From assembly GCA_038087875.1 (NCBI GenBank), contig CM075995.1, positions 5,520,001-5,584,000 on the forward strand: a stretch of DNA of 64,000 bases, given 5' to 3'. A program made the position numbers and the translations under genes. Positions 1 to 13,131 of this stretch are shown here, piece by piece. The stretch comes from Malacoraja senta (Eukaryota). Positions within the stretch are counted from its first letter, which is position 1; each line of letters opens with the position of its first letter. The notes below the pieces were generated by a model. It searched no databases and had not been told where the DNA came from. It saw only the letters and a program-made list of their open reading frames with translations.

Positions 1-1127
1 ACTCCAAGGGCAGAACAGTGGCCTCATTCATGTAGCAGTATAATAAAAATACTTTCAAATGGTAAACTGCGGGAGCAGTGCTCACATTCCATAAAATAAA
101 TTGGTTATTCTTCTCCACCAATCTGAGCTTGCAGACTTTGGCATAGGAAGGGGAAAATTTGGATTATACCAATAGATCCTCAGGAGATAGCATTTACACA
201 TTTTACAGTTGCTGAAAATCATGGCTCAAATTCTGCAGCTATTAATTGATTACTGCCTCTCATCTATCACCGCCTTTCTGAAATGGGTTGCCGAACAGCT
301 AAATATCAAGATGAACAGAGTGGCATTTTCCCCCATTTCTAATGACAATATGAAGAATGGAATAATTGATCGCAGAATGGTGCCATGAGTGAACTGATGA
401 TAAGGCAAAATGGGAGAGAATTTTGGTAATGTAAAATCCAAATGTCCCTTTCCATATATTAGAAGAGAAAATAGTTTATTAAATATAAAGCTGTGTAAAT
501 TTTAAATGTAAATACTCAAAAGTTTTCTAGAAGTACATATCTCTGAGATGCCCAGAAAACTGAAAATTTACTTTCAGTTCCTGTTTTAAAGGTTTGAATT
601 TTGCCCATTTAGGCTTTCATTTATTTTCTCTGGGTAAAGTGAATAAACTTTTGGCATATACACAAGAGAAAATACAGCTTGACTACAATTTAATTCTCTC
701 CACCCTTTACTTTGGCTCTGCACATACTTCCTTTCCTGTCACCCCCCCCCCCATTCGGAACACCCACACACATTTCCATAAATACTTTTTAATGCAGTAT
801 TGTGGCTAAAATAAAAAGGTGGTTTTGAAGTCCGGAGATGACTTGGAAAGTTACTAGCCAATCTAACGAACTTGAGAAAGGCTATTTGTCTTTTGAAGCC
901 TGCATTGTTTTGTGATATCAACGGCACGATACATGAAAATTAATATTTGAACTTTGATTTTGTTTAATTGCAAGCATATCTAATTCTACTGAGGACTATC
1001 ATCCTAAACTATTTGAATCTTCACCATTTTGTACCTATTCTTAGCAATTGGGGGGCAGAAAGAAATTACAATTTCAATAAGTAGGAATAAACATGAAAAC
1101 TGTATAATTTAGAAGTCTGTTTTTCAG

Positions 1128-1163
1128 AATGTTCTTTTTCCCCTGTTCATGCTTTATCATCAG
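1128..1163 (+). CDS. Possible 36-nt micro-exon (phase 1-1, ~CSFSPVHALSS) of the plus-strand gene
   Basis: gtttttcag acceptor and cag|gtatgc donor; phase matches the 2046 exon; short enough to be chance. Confidence 0.4.
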
Positions 1164-1792
1164 GTATGCTTGTGCTGAATCTTAAGTGAGAATATATGCA
1201 GAATTAAAGCACATTTCATATTGTGGGCGTAATTTCTTATTCTATTCCCCATGTGGTAGGCCTTTTTCCAAATCTGGAACAGTGATTCAGTGTTGCACTA
1301 TAATATTATGGCTGGTGGCAGCAGCTTCCAATTTTTCCACTTTGTTCAGAAGCTGTGTACTCAAGTGAAATAACATATCAAGAGTGTGCTATTCTGTCCA
1401 TCCTGTACAATAACATTACTAGCTTACTGTTGAAAGGGATTATTCAGTCTTACAAAGGATTTGCAAGCAAATGGCCATCAAGAAATGGGCATAGTTTCAA
1501 AATGAAGGGTCCTCCAAATGTGAAGAGGAGTTTCCTTCTCTGGAGCTTGGGAGTCTTTGGAATTCTGTACTTTATGAAGTTGCAGAGAATAACTCAATGA
1601 ATATATTCAAGGCTGTGATATACAGAATTTGGTGGAATGGGTATGAAAGTGGAACGTGGGGACAATCCGATCATCCATGACATTTTTGAATGGCAAAGGC
1701 TTGAGGAGCCACATGGTCTCATTCGACTCTTATGTTTCAAGTACAATAACATTTCTGACAATCTTGCTTGCTTTCTACCTAATCATGTAAAA

Positions 1793-1866
1793 TAAAGACC
1801 TTTTGATGTGATTAGCTGCTTTAAAATATTAAAGACCTTTTGATGTGATTAGTTGCTTTAAAATAT
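1793..1866. repeat. 37-bp tandem duplication
   Basis: taaagaccttttgatgtgattagYtgctttaaaatat twice, one mismatch. Confidence 0.9.
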
Positions 1867-2045
1867 TATGACTTTTACCGTTTGATAATCGCGACCACCA
1901 TCTTCACTAAGTGATTTTGTATGTGTTTCATTATGTTTTAAGGGCTAACTTCTTATTTTAAAAGGGCTGTGTATGTGTAAGCTGTTATTTGTATTAATCA
2001 CATTGCTAACTGTTTCATTAAATGTGTTATTGTTCTATTTTGTAG

Positions 2046-2215
2046 TGATTGATGTAAAAAATCTAAATGGAACTGGTAATCGGCTCTTGTCAGCACAACT
2101 GTCAGCTTTGGATGTTACTGGCATTATCTCTCAGCTGGAGAAGTTGCTAGGCTGTGCTCTGTCAACTATCCTAGAAACAGAGATGAGAAAAGTATATGAT
2201 GACCTCTGGACAGAG
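2046..2215 (+). CDS. Internal coding exon of unidentified multi-exon gene (IDVKNLNGTGNRLLSAQLSALDVTGIISQLEKLLGCALSTILETEMRKVYDDLWTE)
   Basis: ttctattttgtag acceptor, gag|gtaaaa donor, open frame, phase 1 to 0, non-repetitive. Confidence 0.8.
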
Positions 2216-3728
2216 GTAAAATAGATTTATCAACTGGCTTGCCTAGACTTTTTCTCTGCATTCCTAAAAATTACAGATTAACAAACAAACAATATCATTT
2301 TTACGTTCCTTTGTAAACCTAGCTAGTTCATGTACCATCAGAAATATTTTCTACAATTTGTCAAAAATATCAGTTTTATTTTCTATTGCTGAATTATTGA
2401 AGTAGTTAATTTGGAAACTGTAAAGTGTGTTTAAATCGGGTAAAAGTAATTGCACGAAGTCACGAGAGACTGCTAATTGCACCATATATTTTCTACCGAC
2501 TTTGAGTCCTGAAAAGCGCTATATAAATAAAATGTATTATTATTATTATTATTACCCAGAATGGTTGGGAGGAGAAATCTAAGGGCAGTTTAAAATAAAA
2601 ATGGATTGAGGACTAAACTTCCACAAGGTACCGTTGGAAGACAGTAGAAATTGCTTGTTTTCGAAGATCAGAAAGTACTATTTTCTAATCTCTAGCCCAG
2701 AATGATTTAATAAATAATAATAATAATGGCACATGTGTGGCAAAATATTTAAGAGCTAAATGTCAACACATTATGCTTGCAGTAAAAAAAACATCAGAAG
2801 AAAGTTTCTGGTTATGCTGTTCATTCATTAAAGAGGCACTGTGCTTTTGCTGTTGGGGCAATGTTCACAGCATGAATTGCGTGTTTGACTTGGGACACTT
2901 ACATTGTTTTATTCTATTTGACGATGTTCCTTGGATCAGGATGAGATTCTCAGGTGGAGGTCAAATATTCCCAGAATAGGGATTGAGAATTTAGTTGACA
3001 GTGAGGCATTGTTGAGAGATACAGAGTCCTTGGGCAAGAAAATATGTAAACACCACTACATTGTGCATGTCTCTTTGGAAAGCTGTTCAAATATTTGCCA
3101 AAGGAGTAGCCATAGGAATTGGTTTGGGTTCAGCATTTCTGTTATGATGCATCTTGTTCTTCCTTGTATGAGTTGCCAGGCGAATTTTTATTGTACTACT
3201 CTACTGCAGATTTGTCCAGTTAAATAGTCAGCTTGAACAACATCAGCTCAGGTAGTCCAGATAATTCTGTAGGTTTCTCTTTCAAGGAAACACTTGATTT
3301 GATCTTGGTGTAATCTGTATGTTGTGGCATTTGAAAGTCATGTGTACTTTCTTCAAATAGCATCTTAATCCACTCAGCTGTTACAAAGTGTCCATCAAGG
3401 GTGGGTTAATAGTTTGGATAGAAAATACTAGCAGTTTCTTCAGGTGGATTTGTTTAGTTTAGCCAGTGAAGGAAGCATGCATCCATTTGGTAACAAAATT
3501 GTTAAATAATAATTGTACTTGTAACAAACCTTGCAGCAGACTAATGTTCATATCTTGCAGCTCTGGTGACTAACTAGGTATTAACTTGACAGTAGAGTTG
3601 GTGTAGGTGCAAGAGCACAGTGGTCTTGCATCTACACAGGTGGAAGTTGGTAGCATTCTTAGCCAATTTCTTACATATTTACTATAAACTAATACCATCA
3701 CATCAGGAAAGGCATAGAAATAAGCTAG

Positions 3729-3771
3729 CATCATCGAGATCAAAAACCTTCAAGCTATTACAACATTTCAG
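3729..3771 (+). CDS. Tentative phase 0 to 1 exon (HHRDQKPSSYYNIS) bridging the 2046 and 7050 exons
   Basis: Donor cag|gtatct; fixes the phase mismatch, but the acceptor lacks a polypyrimidine tract. Confidence 0.25.
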
Positions 3772-5319
3772 GTATCTGTTTTAATCAGTATGCCTGTAAA
3801 TGTCTAATGACTACCATTACAAATATAAACCATCATGTAAAATACCCTATGTTTATAGTATTTTCATGGAATCATTTGAAATGGGCAGCATGGTAGCGCA
3901 GCAGTTAGCACTGCTGCTGCGTGCCTCCAGGGGCCTGGGAACAATCATAACCTTGGGTGCTTTTTGTTTGAACTTTGCATATTCTACTTGTGATCACTTT
4001 GGTTTATGTTGGTTCCTTCCACATCCCAAAGGTGTGCTAGTGGGTAATTGGCATCTGTAAATTAACTCTTAGTGACAAAATAATTAAAGGGGAATTAATG
4101 GGCATGTGAGAGAGAATAAATTACAAGGAAAACGTGCTCTGGAAGGTATTGGAAAAACTCAGAGCCTTGCATTGGGAGCACACAGGCCTTATTTTGGGAA
4201 GAAAGGAGCAGATCACCTCAAACTTCCTCTAGCATAGCCATTAGGTCACCACATGCCCCATCTTTGAATAAGTCTGGGGTTTCATATTGGCCTCATCAAC
4301 CACCTCAGAACCCACAAAATCGGTGTAGAAGTAAGTCATCCTCAACTCTGAAGGGCAATAACAAAGATGCATTGTATATTCCCTTGCTTTGTGGCACCTC
4401 TCGAAATCCACTTTCTACTTTTCTGCACAATTGAGCAAACCAAAGTAACTTCTTTAAAGTTTAATATTTAAGCCCATATTACAAAATACATTGCCACTAT
4501 TACCAGCAGAATTCCATTGATGTCAGCTTGCCACGTGGGACCTTGATAAAAGCCTTGCTATGTTCAGATAGACCATATCATATACACTATCCTCTGACTC
4601 TGTTACTTCCTCAAAAACCAGTCCAGTTTGCTATTTGCCAAATTAATTAGCTTCAATGTATATTGGAAGTATTGCGGCTGAACTATTAACAAAGTGATTT
4701 AAAATGATTAGGTATAATAGGTCGAATTATTAAAGTTATTGCGGTAATTTGTTCTGATCTTGATACTAGATTTTAATTGTGAAGCCTCCTTGGTCATTGG
4801 AAGACATATTACAGTGCATGAAGAAACACTGGATGGCTGTGTTTGGATTCATTGTGAAAAGAAATTTGCAATCATCTGTGAGAAGTTTGAGTGATTATCT
4901 TCAAGTGGGTATGTATAGAGCTAGAGATTTCAGATGCCAAATTCCCAAGGGATAGAGTTGTAGTTAATGACATAAACACAGGATATATGCCATTATTTTA
5001 CAAAACAAAAGCAAAATTGAGTACTACATTAGGATTATGCTGTATCCTTCAGACCAACTACTCAAAGCACATTACTGTATTTATTTTAATGCAACATATG
5101 GGCCCACATTAAAACAGACTGTACACTGAAAACAATTGAAATATTTAAGTTACCTTTTATATTTTTTTTAAATTATGTGTCTACTCTTCATTGATCAATG
5201 TCATGAAAAGGCTGTTTTATGTGGATCAAGAATTATGATCGTCAGGAAAGGCCCATACAATAGATATTTACTTGCTTAAAAACTGATCATTTTACGGACT
5301 ATATCTTGGTCTTAAACTT

Positions 5320-5715
5320 TTAGTTTAGAGATACAGCATAAAAACAGGCACTTCAGCCCACTGAGCCCATGTCAACCATCGATTATCCATTCCCACTAGT
5401 TTTAGGTTATCCCACTTTTGCAACTACTCCCTACACACAGGGATAATTTACATAGGCAAATTAATCTACAAACCTGCACGTCTTTGGTATATGGGAGGAA
5501 ACCAGATTACCCAGAGGAAACCCAAGTGGTTACAGGAAGAATGTGTAAACTCCACATAGACAGCACCAAAGGTCAAGATCTAATTCGGGTATAGACACAA
5601 AATGCTGGAGTAACTCAGCGGGACAGGCAGCATCTCTGGATGAAGAAATGGGTGACGTTTTGGGTCGATACCATTCTTCCAGGTCTCCAGCACTGTGAAG
5701 CAGCTGCCCTACCAG
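5320..5715 (-). mobile_element. HE1/V-SINE-like tRNA SINE interrupted by a Penelope-derived fragment (~5593-5680)
   Basis: Reverse complement of the SINE seen at 56997-57285; insert agacacaaaatgctggagtaactcagcggg. Confidence 0.75.
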
Positions 5716-7049
5716 ATGTGCCACTTAATCATTCCTTACAATATGATGAATTTTGAGTTATCTGTGCCATTTAAAAAATATATATATAATTATATTGGGG
5801 AAAAATGTAGAAATCGTACCCATCCCAACTTTTATTTTAGAATTATGAAATGCAATTGGCTGCATATTATGAATGGCGCTATCATTTCATAATTAGTTTT
5901 CGTATCTCATTTCTTCTAACATGTTTCCAAAGTAAACACTATAAATTATAAATAAATAAAAGAAGCAGTTGAGCCAAAGAGCCTGTAGTTGGGCTGAAGG
6001 GCTTGGTTCCATACAGTATGACTGAAGAAATTTGCACACCTACATGGATAGGAGAGGTTTGGAGGGATATGGGACAAATGCGGGTAGGTGGGACTAGTGT
6101 AGATTGGGCATCTTGGTCGGCATTGGGAAGTTGGGCTGAAGTGATCTGTGTAATTCACTTGCGCTACCTCCAGGCTCTGACTGTTTCACCAATGATAGCC
6201 AGCACTCTAAACCTTGCAGGGGTTTTGTCCTTGGCGCTGTACTTATACTTGCCAGTTTGCTACTGCTGCTGGGGTCAATTGTGAACCATTTTCTCATGCA
6301 AAGATAAAGGAACTGAAGTGCATTGCCTTTAAGTAACTGACTCTGACGTTGATGTTGTTCTGAACATCATCACATTGCTTTTGACCTTGACCAAGTCTGT
6401 GTCCTTGTGCCTTGATTGCTCATATGAGTGTTGTTTGCTTATCCTTTCACTGCAGCTTAACAATGGGCCTAGAAGACTTTCTGGGCTCAATTTGGTAAAT
6501 GATCTCTCTTCTCTGCAACATCTTTTTCATGAAGGGCTCTGGAGCCTTTTTTGGAAATTCAACGTGCATTATTTTGCCTGTGCTTTGCTATCTCCTTCAT
6601 AAAGCCCCAACAGCGGTGACAGTAGGGTTTCCCGCCAGGTTCCTGACATCCAGATTTCTGACACCGCAGCACGCAGACTGAGTGGATATTATTTTTTAAA
6701 TGGGAGGCATCCACACTGGAAGACTATCACAAATCAGTGCCTGTGAGATATCCATGCTATGTGAGATACCCATGCAGTTTTTATTTTGTGTGATCCAGTC
6801 CCTAAAAGTGCCAGTAGGTGAGCAGAATATCAGCAATATTTTTCAGAATGTCATGCCAACCACCAAGAACTACTTTCATTCAGTCTGCATAGAGTAACAG
6901 TCACAACCTTGGTTGTGGAAAATTTAAGTTCAGCAGTGCACAGCAGCAACCCTGTTCTTCCTTCAGTTGGTTTCCACTGCTAATTATTTTTGTTGAACAT
7001 GCATCTGTTTTACTGTCAAATATCTAATTTGTCTTTTAAAATCTTCTAG

Positions 7050-7201
7050 GTAAGAGGCCAGAGTATAATCGCTTCACTCTTACCTGGATGTTGACAGAAT
7101 CGCAAAAACTGTTGCAAGCCTTCAACGCAAGATCAGGTTATGGCGGTGTACTCCCCCACACTTTGGCTGCCCTGGAGGAATTATACAGAGAGGTTTCTGA
7201 G
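7050..7201 (+). CDS. Internal coding exon (KRPEYNRFTLTWMLTESQKLLQAFNARSGYGGVLPHTLAALEELYREVSE)
   Basis: tcttctag acceptor, gag|gtacct donor, open phase 1 to 0, in frame with the next exon. Confidence 0.8.
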
Positions 7202-7598
7202 GTACCTTACCTAATTGCATTTTAAAGATTTTTAATGTAATTATGGCACAGCTGTTATAGAAGGTAAACATTGATATTATTTTGAAAAAAAAACAATGAG
7301 ATGAACGAATAACAGTGCTAAAATTTGGTGAAATATTTGAGGCTATATAAATTGCAGGATATTAATTCTGAATTACATTTCTGAATTTCTCATCAGAATC
7401 AGGCATCTTCGGTACCTGATTTGCACATTTTAATAGATTTGCATGGTTGGGAAAGAGAAGGGATTGTTGTTGACAAGTTCACTATGTGGTATGTGACAGG
7501 CCCAACTTGCCTTTTGTTTTCCCTTGTTGGTTACAACTGCCTTCCGCAGTTTTTCGAAAGAATATAATGGTGTATGCAAATTTCAGATGGAGTAGTTT

Positions 7599-8141
7599 TA
7601 GAAACATAGAAACATAGAAAATAGGTGCAGGAGGAGGCCATTCGGCCCTTCAAGCCAAGCACCGCCATTCATTGTGATCATGGCTGATCGTCCCCTATCA
7701 ATAACCCGTGCCTGCCTTCTCCCCATATCCCTCGACTGCATTAGCCCCTAGAGCTCTATTTAGCTCTCTCTTAAATCCATCCAGTGACTTGGCCTCCACT
7801 GCCCTCTGTGGCAGGGAATTCCATAAATTCACAACTCTCTGGGTGAAAAAGTTTTTTCTCACCTCAGTCTTAAATGACCTCCCCTTTATTCTAAGACTGT
7901 GGCCCCTGGTTCTGGACTCGCCCAACATTGGGAACATTTTTCCTGCATCTAGCTTGTCCAGTCCTTTTATAATTTTATATGTTTCTATAAGATACCCCCC
8001 CCTCATCCTTCTAAACTCCAGTGAATACAAGCCTAGCCTTTTCAATCTTTCCTCATATGACAGTCCCGCCATCCCAGGGATCAATCTCGTGAACCTATGC
8101 TGCACTGCTTCAATCACAAGGATGTCCTTCCTCAAATTAGG
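7599..8141 (-). mobile_element. CR1 LINE 3' fragment (ORF2 C-terminus and 3' UTR)
   Basis: Minus ORF EAVQHRFTRLIPGMAGLSYEERLKRLGLYSLE...TRGHSLRI...FFTQRVVNLWNSLP; terminal 8-bp repeat (agaaacat)n. Confidence 0.9.
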
Positions 8142-9084
8142 TGTGCCATAATTTTGCATTCATGAAACACCTAGTGCAGAATGTATTGAATCCCTGTGCA
8201 AAATGGAGTGAAATAGTTATCTGTGGTTAGAGCATGTACCCATTGAACATGAATGAATAAAGGCAGAAAGGTGCCTTTGAACAAGGTTAGCAGTAAGTAG
8301 AATGTGGACTTGGGCATGAGGTTGGAAAAGAACGTATTGGAGAGATGATTGGTATTATTGATACAAAATAATATCTCAAATGGGAGAGAAGAGTGCTCAA
8401 GCGACTGGATGGGTGAAGTTTATCTGTACAAAGTGGATTAGGTAAGGTAGTGGGAAAGGTAGGAGGAGAATGAAGGGAGGCAATTGTCTGAGAAGAATTA
8501 AGAATGATCTGAGGAAGGTCATCTGAGGAAGACCAAAAAGGTCATCCATTCCTTCTCTCCAGAGATGTTGCCTGGTCTACTAAGTTACTCCAGTATTTTG
8601 TGTCTATCTAAGAATGATCTCTCCATTGTACTCTGCCTTTACAATTGTTGAAAGTTTGAATTAACTGGTAATTAATTGCTTTCTCTCAATTCACTTAAAT
8701 ATTGCTTTGCTGGCAAAGATGTACAGTAATTGATTTGAGAGTTTAATGTGTTGGTTTGGGAGAAGTTTCCAAAGGCGAAAAGATGAATTTAATGCATGAT
8801 TTCTGTGAAATGATCTGAATGGTTCAAGATATTTAAGTATGCAGAAGAGACTTTTATCCAATGAACAGGAAGCATTTGAGGAATGGGAAACTGAATTACA
8901 AATGAGACAAAATCATGAAGGAATCTGCATTTTTATTTTGACCTACTGGGAGGTTAATGCCAGTACAGAATAGCATGTATAGGGGTTTATCATTTGACAT
9001 GACTTTTAAAACAATGTTTTGGTTAAACTGAACTTTATTGAAACTAAGGAATGGAAGGCCAAGAAGACAATTAAAAATGTCAAA

Positions 9085-9900
9085 GCAAGAAGCTACAGAT
9101 GCTGAGTGCTAACTCAGCGGGTCAGGCAGCATCTCTGGAAAACATGGATAGGTAATGTTTTGGGTTAGGATCCTTCTTCAAACTGATTATGGAGGGAGGG
9201 AAGGGAGGGGCTGTGTGACAAATGAAAGCTAGAATAGAGGAGGAGCAGGGCAATGCCTGGGAACTTATAGGTGGGTACAGATGAGGGAGGTTTTGATAGT
9301 TGGATGGTTGGATATAGGCCATAGATGGTGTGTCAAAATGATTGGAATTGCGAATTGTGAACTAGAGGAAGGATTGTAGGTGGAAATGTGGGGGGATGGG
9401 AGGGGGGAAGGGGAGAATCAGGTGCGAGTCCAGGTGTGGCACAGGGGGAAAGTGTGGGGGTGGATGAAACTTGGAGAGGAGGCCCACGGCAGACAGGTTT
9501 GTATGGGAATAGGAAGAGGAGTTCAAATGGTTAGCAACTGGGAGATCCAGTATGTCTTGGCAGAGCGAGCCACTTGGCCTGGCACCTATTTCTCTCTTCC
9601 CCTCCCCTCCTACCTACATTCCTTCCTTCCTCTAGTTCCCAATTCGCAACTCTTCAATCCTTTTGTCTTGCACCTTCTGTCGTTTCATCTCTGGCTTTTG
9701 TCCAACCATCTGCCTATCAAAACCCCCCTCTCCTGTATCCACCTATTAATTGCCAGGCTTTGTCCGACTCCTCCTCTCATCCAGCTTTCTTACCCCTCCC
9801 ACCACAATCGGTCTGAAGAAGGATCCCAACCAGAAACATCACCTATCCATGTTCTCCAGAGATGCTTCCTGACCCACTTAGTTATTACTCCAGCACTTGT
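9085..9900. mobile_element. Inverted pair of Penelope-like element 3' ends/pseudo-LTRs
   Basis: 9085-9560 is largely the reverse complement of 9590-9900; same motifs as the GIY-YIG-linked copy at 39001. Confidence 0.7.
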
Positions 9901-10539
9901 TTTTAATTTGATTTTTGCTTACAGTCACCAAGTTCTAATAAATAAACATTTTTTTTGGTTTTGCATTTAAAAATACATTAGTAAGAAATATAGTTTGAAG
10001 ATATCAGCCATAGCTCACTAATAATCTGCCTCATTTGACTTGGATGTTGGTAGGTTCAAACTTTACCCGAGTGCATATTTCAAGTTTGGTGCAATGCAGT
10101 GCATTACCACCAGAGGGATCCACAGGTCAGATGTTGAACCTGACCCTCCCTGACCTGTCAAGTGTACATAACGATTATACGGCACTATTCAAAGTAGCCC
10201 TTTTATCTACTATTTGAATCCAGTATTTATCTTTCAACTAATACCACCACAAACAGATTTTCTAGTTGTTAATGCTAATTTGTAAGATTTTTCTCTGAAC
10301 TAATTAACTACTGTATTTCCATGCATTACAAATATGATGTCATTACGATTTGAATAATAGAACTATTTAAACCTGAGATAAATATTGGCTGCACAATGGG
10401 ACCTTTATTAGAACTGCTGCCTCACAGCTGCAGCAACCCAGGCTATTTTTTTTATTTCCTGTGCTGTCTGCATGAAGCTTGCACATTCTCTCTTAGCCCA
10501 TTGATTTTGCCCAGGTGCCCTGGTTTCCTCCCACATTTC

Positions 10540-11468
10540 AAGTCAAGTCAAGTCACATTTATTTATATAGCACATTTAAAAAACAACTCTCGTTGGCCAA
10601 AGTGCTTTACATTTGTTATAAGAATAGTATAAACAAACAAATTACATACATATATACATATAGCCCTCGCTCAGAGGATGTCAAGAAAAGGCTTGGGAGT
10701 ATAGATACATTTTTAGTCTTGACTTAAAGGAGTCGATGGAGGGGGCAGTTCTGATGGGAAGGGGGATGCTGTTCCACAGTCTAGGAGCTGCAACCGCAAA
10801 GGCGCGGTCGCCCCAGAGCTTATACCTAGACCGTGGGATATTCAGCAACCCCAAGTCGGACGATCTGAGGGACCTGGAGGTGGAGTGGTGGGTAAGAAGA
10901 CTTTTGATGTAGGTGGGGGCAAGCCCATTGAGGGCTTTGTAGACATAGAGGAGGATCTTGAAATGTATACGGAACCGCACAGGGAGCCAGTGGAGAGAGG
11001 CCAGGATCGGGGTGATGTGGTCCCTTTTTTGGGTGCCCGTCAGGAGTCTCGCTGCGGCGTTTTGGACCAGTTGCAGGCGGGACAGGGAAGATTGGCTGAT
11101 GCCAGTGTAATGGGAGTTGCAGTAATCTAGGCGGGAGGAAATAAATGTGTGGATGATCTTTTCAAGGTCATCAAAGTGGAGGAATTGTTTTATTTTAGCT
11201 ATCCTGTATCCACCTTCCGAAGCTGAAAGAAGCTAGCTTTTACCACGGCATTGACTTGTTTGTCAAATTTCAGTGCTGAGTCAAATATCACGCCAAGGTT
11301 TTTGACGTGAGGTTTGAGTAGTGGGGTAAGGCTTCCAAGGCTGCCTGCTATCATTTTGATTGAGTCCGAGGGGCCGAGAAGGATGACCTCAGACTCACTC
11401 TCGTTCAGTTGGAGGAAGTTCTGGGCCATCCAACACTTTATATCCTCGAGGCAGTGGGTAAGGTTAAG
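10540..11468 (-). mobile_element. L2-clade LINE 3' fragment nested in an old SINE (10388-10540 and 11470-11625)
   Basis: Minus ORFs NFLQLNESESEVILLG...VKNLGVIFDSAL and FKILLYVYKALNGLAPTY...GDRAFAVAAPRLWNSIP...FKSRLK; (aagtc)n tail. Confidence 0.85.
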
Positions 11469-11745
11469 TCACTGTAATTGTTCCTAGTGTACGAGTGAGT
11501 GGTAGAATCTGAGAATGTAAGGAGTTGACAGGAATGTAAGGAGAATAAAATGGAATTGATGTAAGTGAGCTGGGCACTGAGGATTATGTGGGGCAAAGGG
11601 CCTGTTCCAATGCCGTATTTATCTGACTAATCCTTTTCTAGCCAATACGCATGGATCCACACCTAGACAAAAGTGTCAGTGGCCTTCCAAAAGTGGGAAT
11701 AGAAAAGCAAATATATGATTCATAATCTTTATTCTTCTCATTAAG

Positions 11746-11963
11746 GATGTCATGAAAACTGAAGGGAAGTCAAAAGAGTCCCTTGAAAACGTGAACATAT
11801 CAGTGCAGTCACTATTGCATCGTGAACTTGAGAGAAATATAACTCTGCTCCCAGTCAACTCTGGGTATCCAATGTCAGCGATGGAAAATTCTCAAGTGGA
11901 GAACAAAAGACAACAAATCTGGGCTACTTTTGAGAATGTCTGGAATATAATATACAAATACAG
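11746..11963 (+). CDS. Internal coding exon (DVMKTEGKSKESLENVNISVQSLLHRELERNITLLPVNSGYPMSAMENSQVENKRQQIWATFENVWNIIYKY)
   Basis: attcttctcattaag acceptor, cag|gtataa donor, phase 0 to 2, consistent with both neighbours. Confidence 0.85.
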
Positions 11964-12005
11964 GTATAAATGTAGATTTTGTATTAATATATGGTTAATA
12001 TAATA

Positions 12006-12426
12006 CAGTCCTCCACCGATTTTTCCGGCACCCTGGGTACCATTGCCTTTCTGGATTATTCGTTTTACCGGACCAACAGAGATCACAACCTCTGAGAGAA
12101 AGTGAATGGTACCAGAACAGTCCACCTAGACTGCCGGGGGGGGGGGGGGGGTGAGATACAGGCCCCACAATGTCAGCCGCAGAAGTCTGCTATGGGAATG
12201 GATCTGCCGGCCACGACCACGCCGGAGTTCCAGAGCTCCAGCTGCAGGGGGCAAATGCGACCCGCCAATTGGCCACGGCATTCCTAAGGAGGTTGCGATC
12301 AGCCGGCCTAGTGGGCGCATTTTCGGGGGGACTTAGGGGGGGGTTTCAAGCGCACCCTCGTGATTATATCCGGATTAAAGGAAGCACCGGGCCACACCTG
12401 TTGCCGGAAAATTGGTTGTGGACCTG
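12006..12426. mobile_element. Non-autonomous Tigger/pogo-like MITE
   Basis: TA|CAGTCCTCCACCGATTTTTCCGGCA ... TGCCGGAAAATTGGTTGTGGACCTG imperfect terminal inverted repeats; no ORF. Confidence 0.65.
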
Positions 12427-12842
12427 AATATACTTTTATTATACTAAACACCTATCACAATACTATAGTTGTTGACTGGCTTAGATAAACTGGAAAAAAA
12501 ATACCTAATTTGATCTTGGAGGTGGAAAAGACTGTGTTATATCATTGATAAAGCTGAGGTTGCTGTGACTTTTTTGAATGTGTGAAATAATGACCAGGCA
12601 TTAACGGTTAACAACTAAATGACTGGCACAAACTCGCATGGGCTATCAAACCACAACATCAAGAACCAAAAAAGACTACTGTTTGCTCAAGTTAAACTGA
12701 AGAGTATTTATTTATCAGGTGAATGAGAAATTCTGTAAATATTTGTAATAAAGAAACACGTTTGTGCACGATAAAGAATGTTTTTTTTTTACCTTGCATG
12801 ACAGCATATGAGATTGTGAGATTTTTTTTTTTCTCTCCCTAG

Positions 12843-12986
12843 CTCGCTAATTTTTGCAACCTTTAACCTTCCTCACAACTCATTAGCTGTCGTAATGGAC
12901 AGCAAGCTGCCACTTCCTGAGGAAGCATTTCAGAGCCTGCAGAAGCTGGTGCCTGCTGTAAAGGAACTGCTCGCAGGAATTCAAAG
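12843..12986 (+). CDS. Internal coding exon (SLIFATFNLPHNSLAVVMDSKLPLPEEAFQSLQKLVPAVKELLAGIQ)
   Basis: Strong poly-pyrimidine ttctctccctag acceptor, aag|gtgagc donor, 144 nt, phase 2-2. Confidence 0.85.
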
Positions 12987-13131
12987 GTGAGCATTTAATG
13001 GCATTTACAAAAACATTTTTCCAGTGCAAGACGTTGCATGATTCCATGGCCACTGACTACATGCAGAAGCCCATGTTTTATGATGAGCAGTTTGCATCAG
13101 CATCCTTTCAAAACTCCCAGAATATTACATA

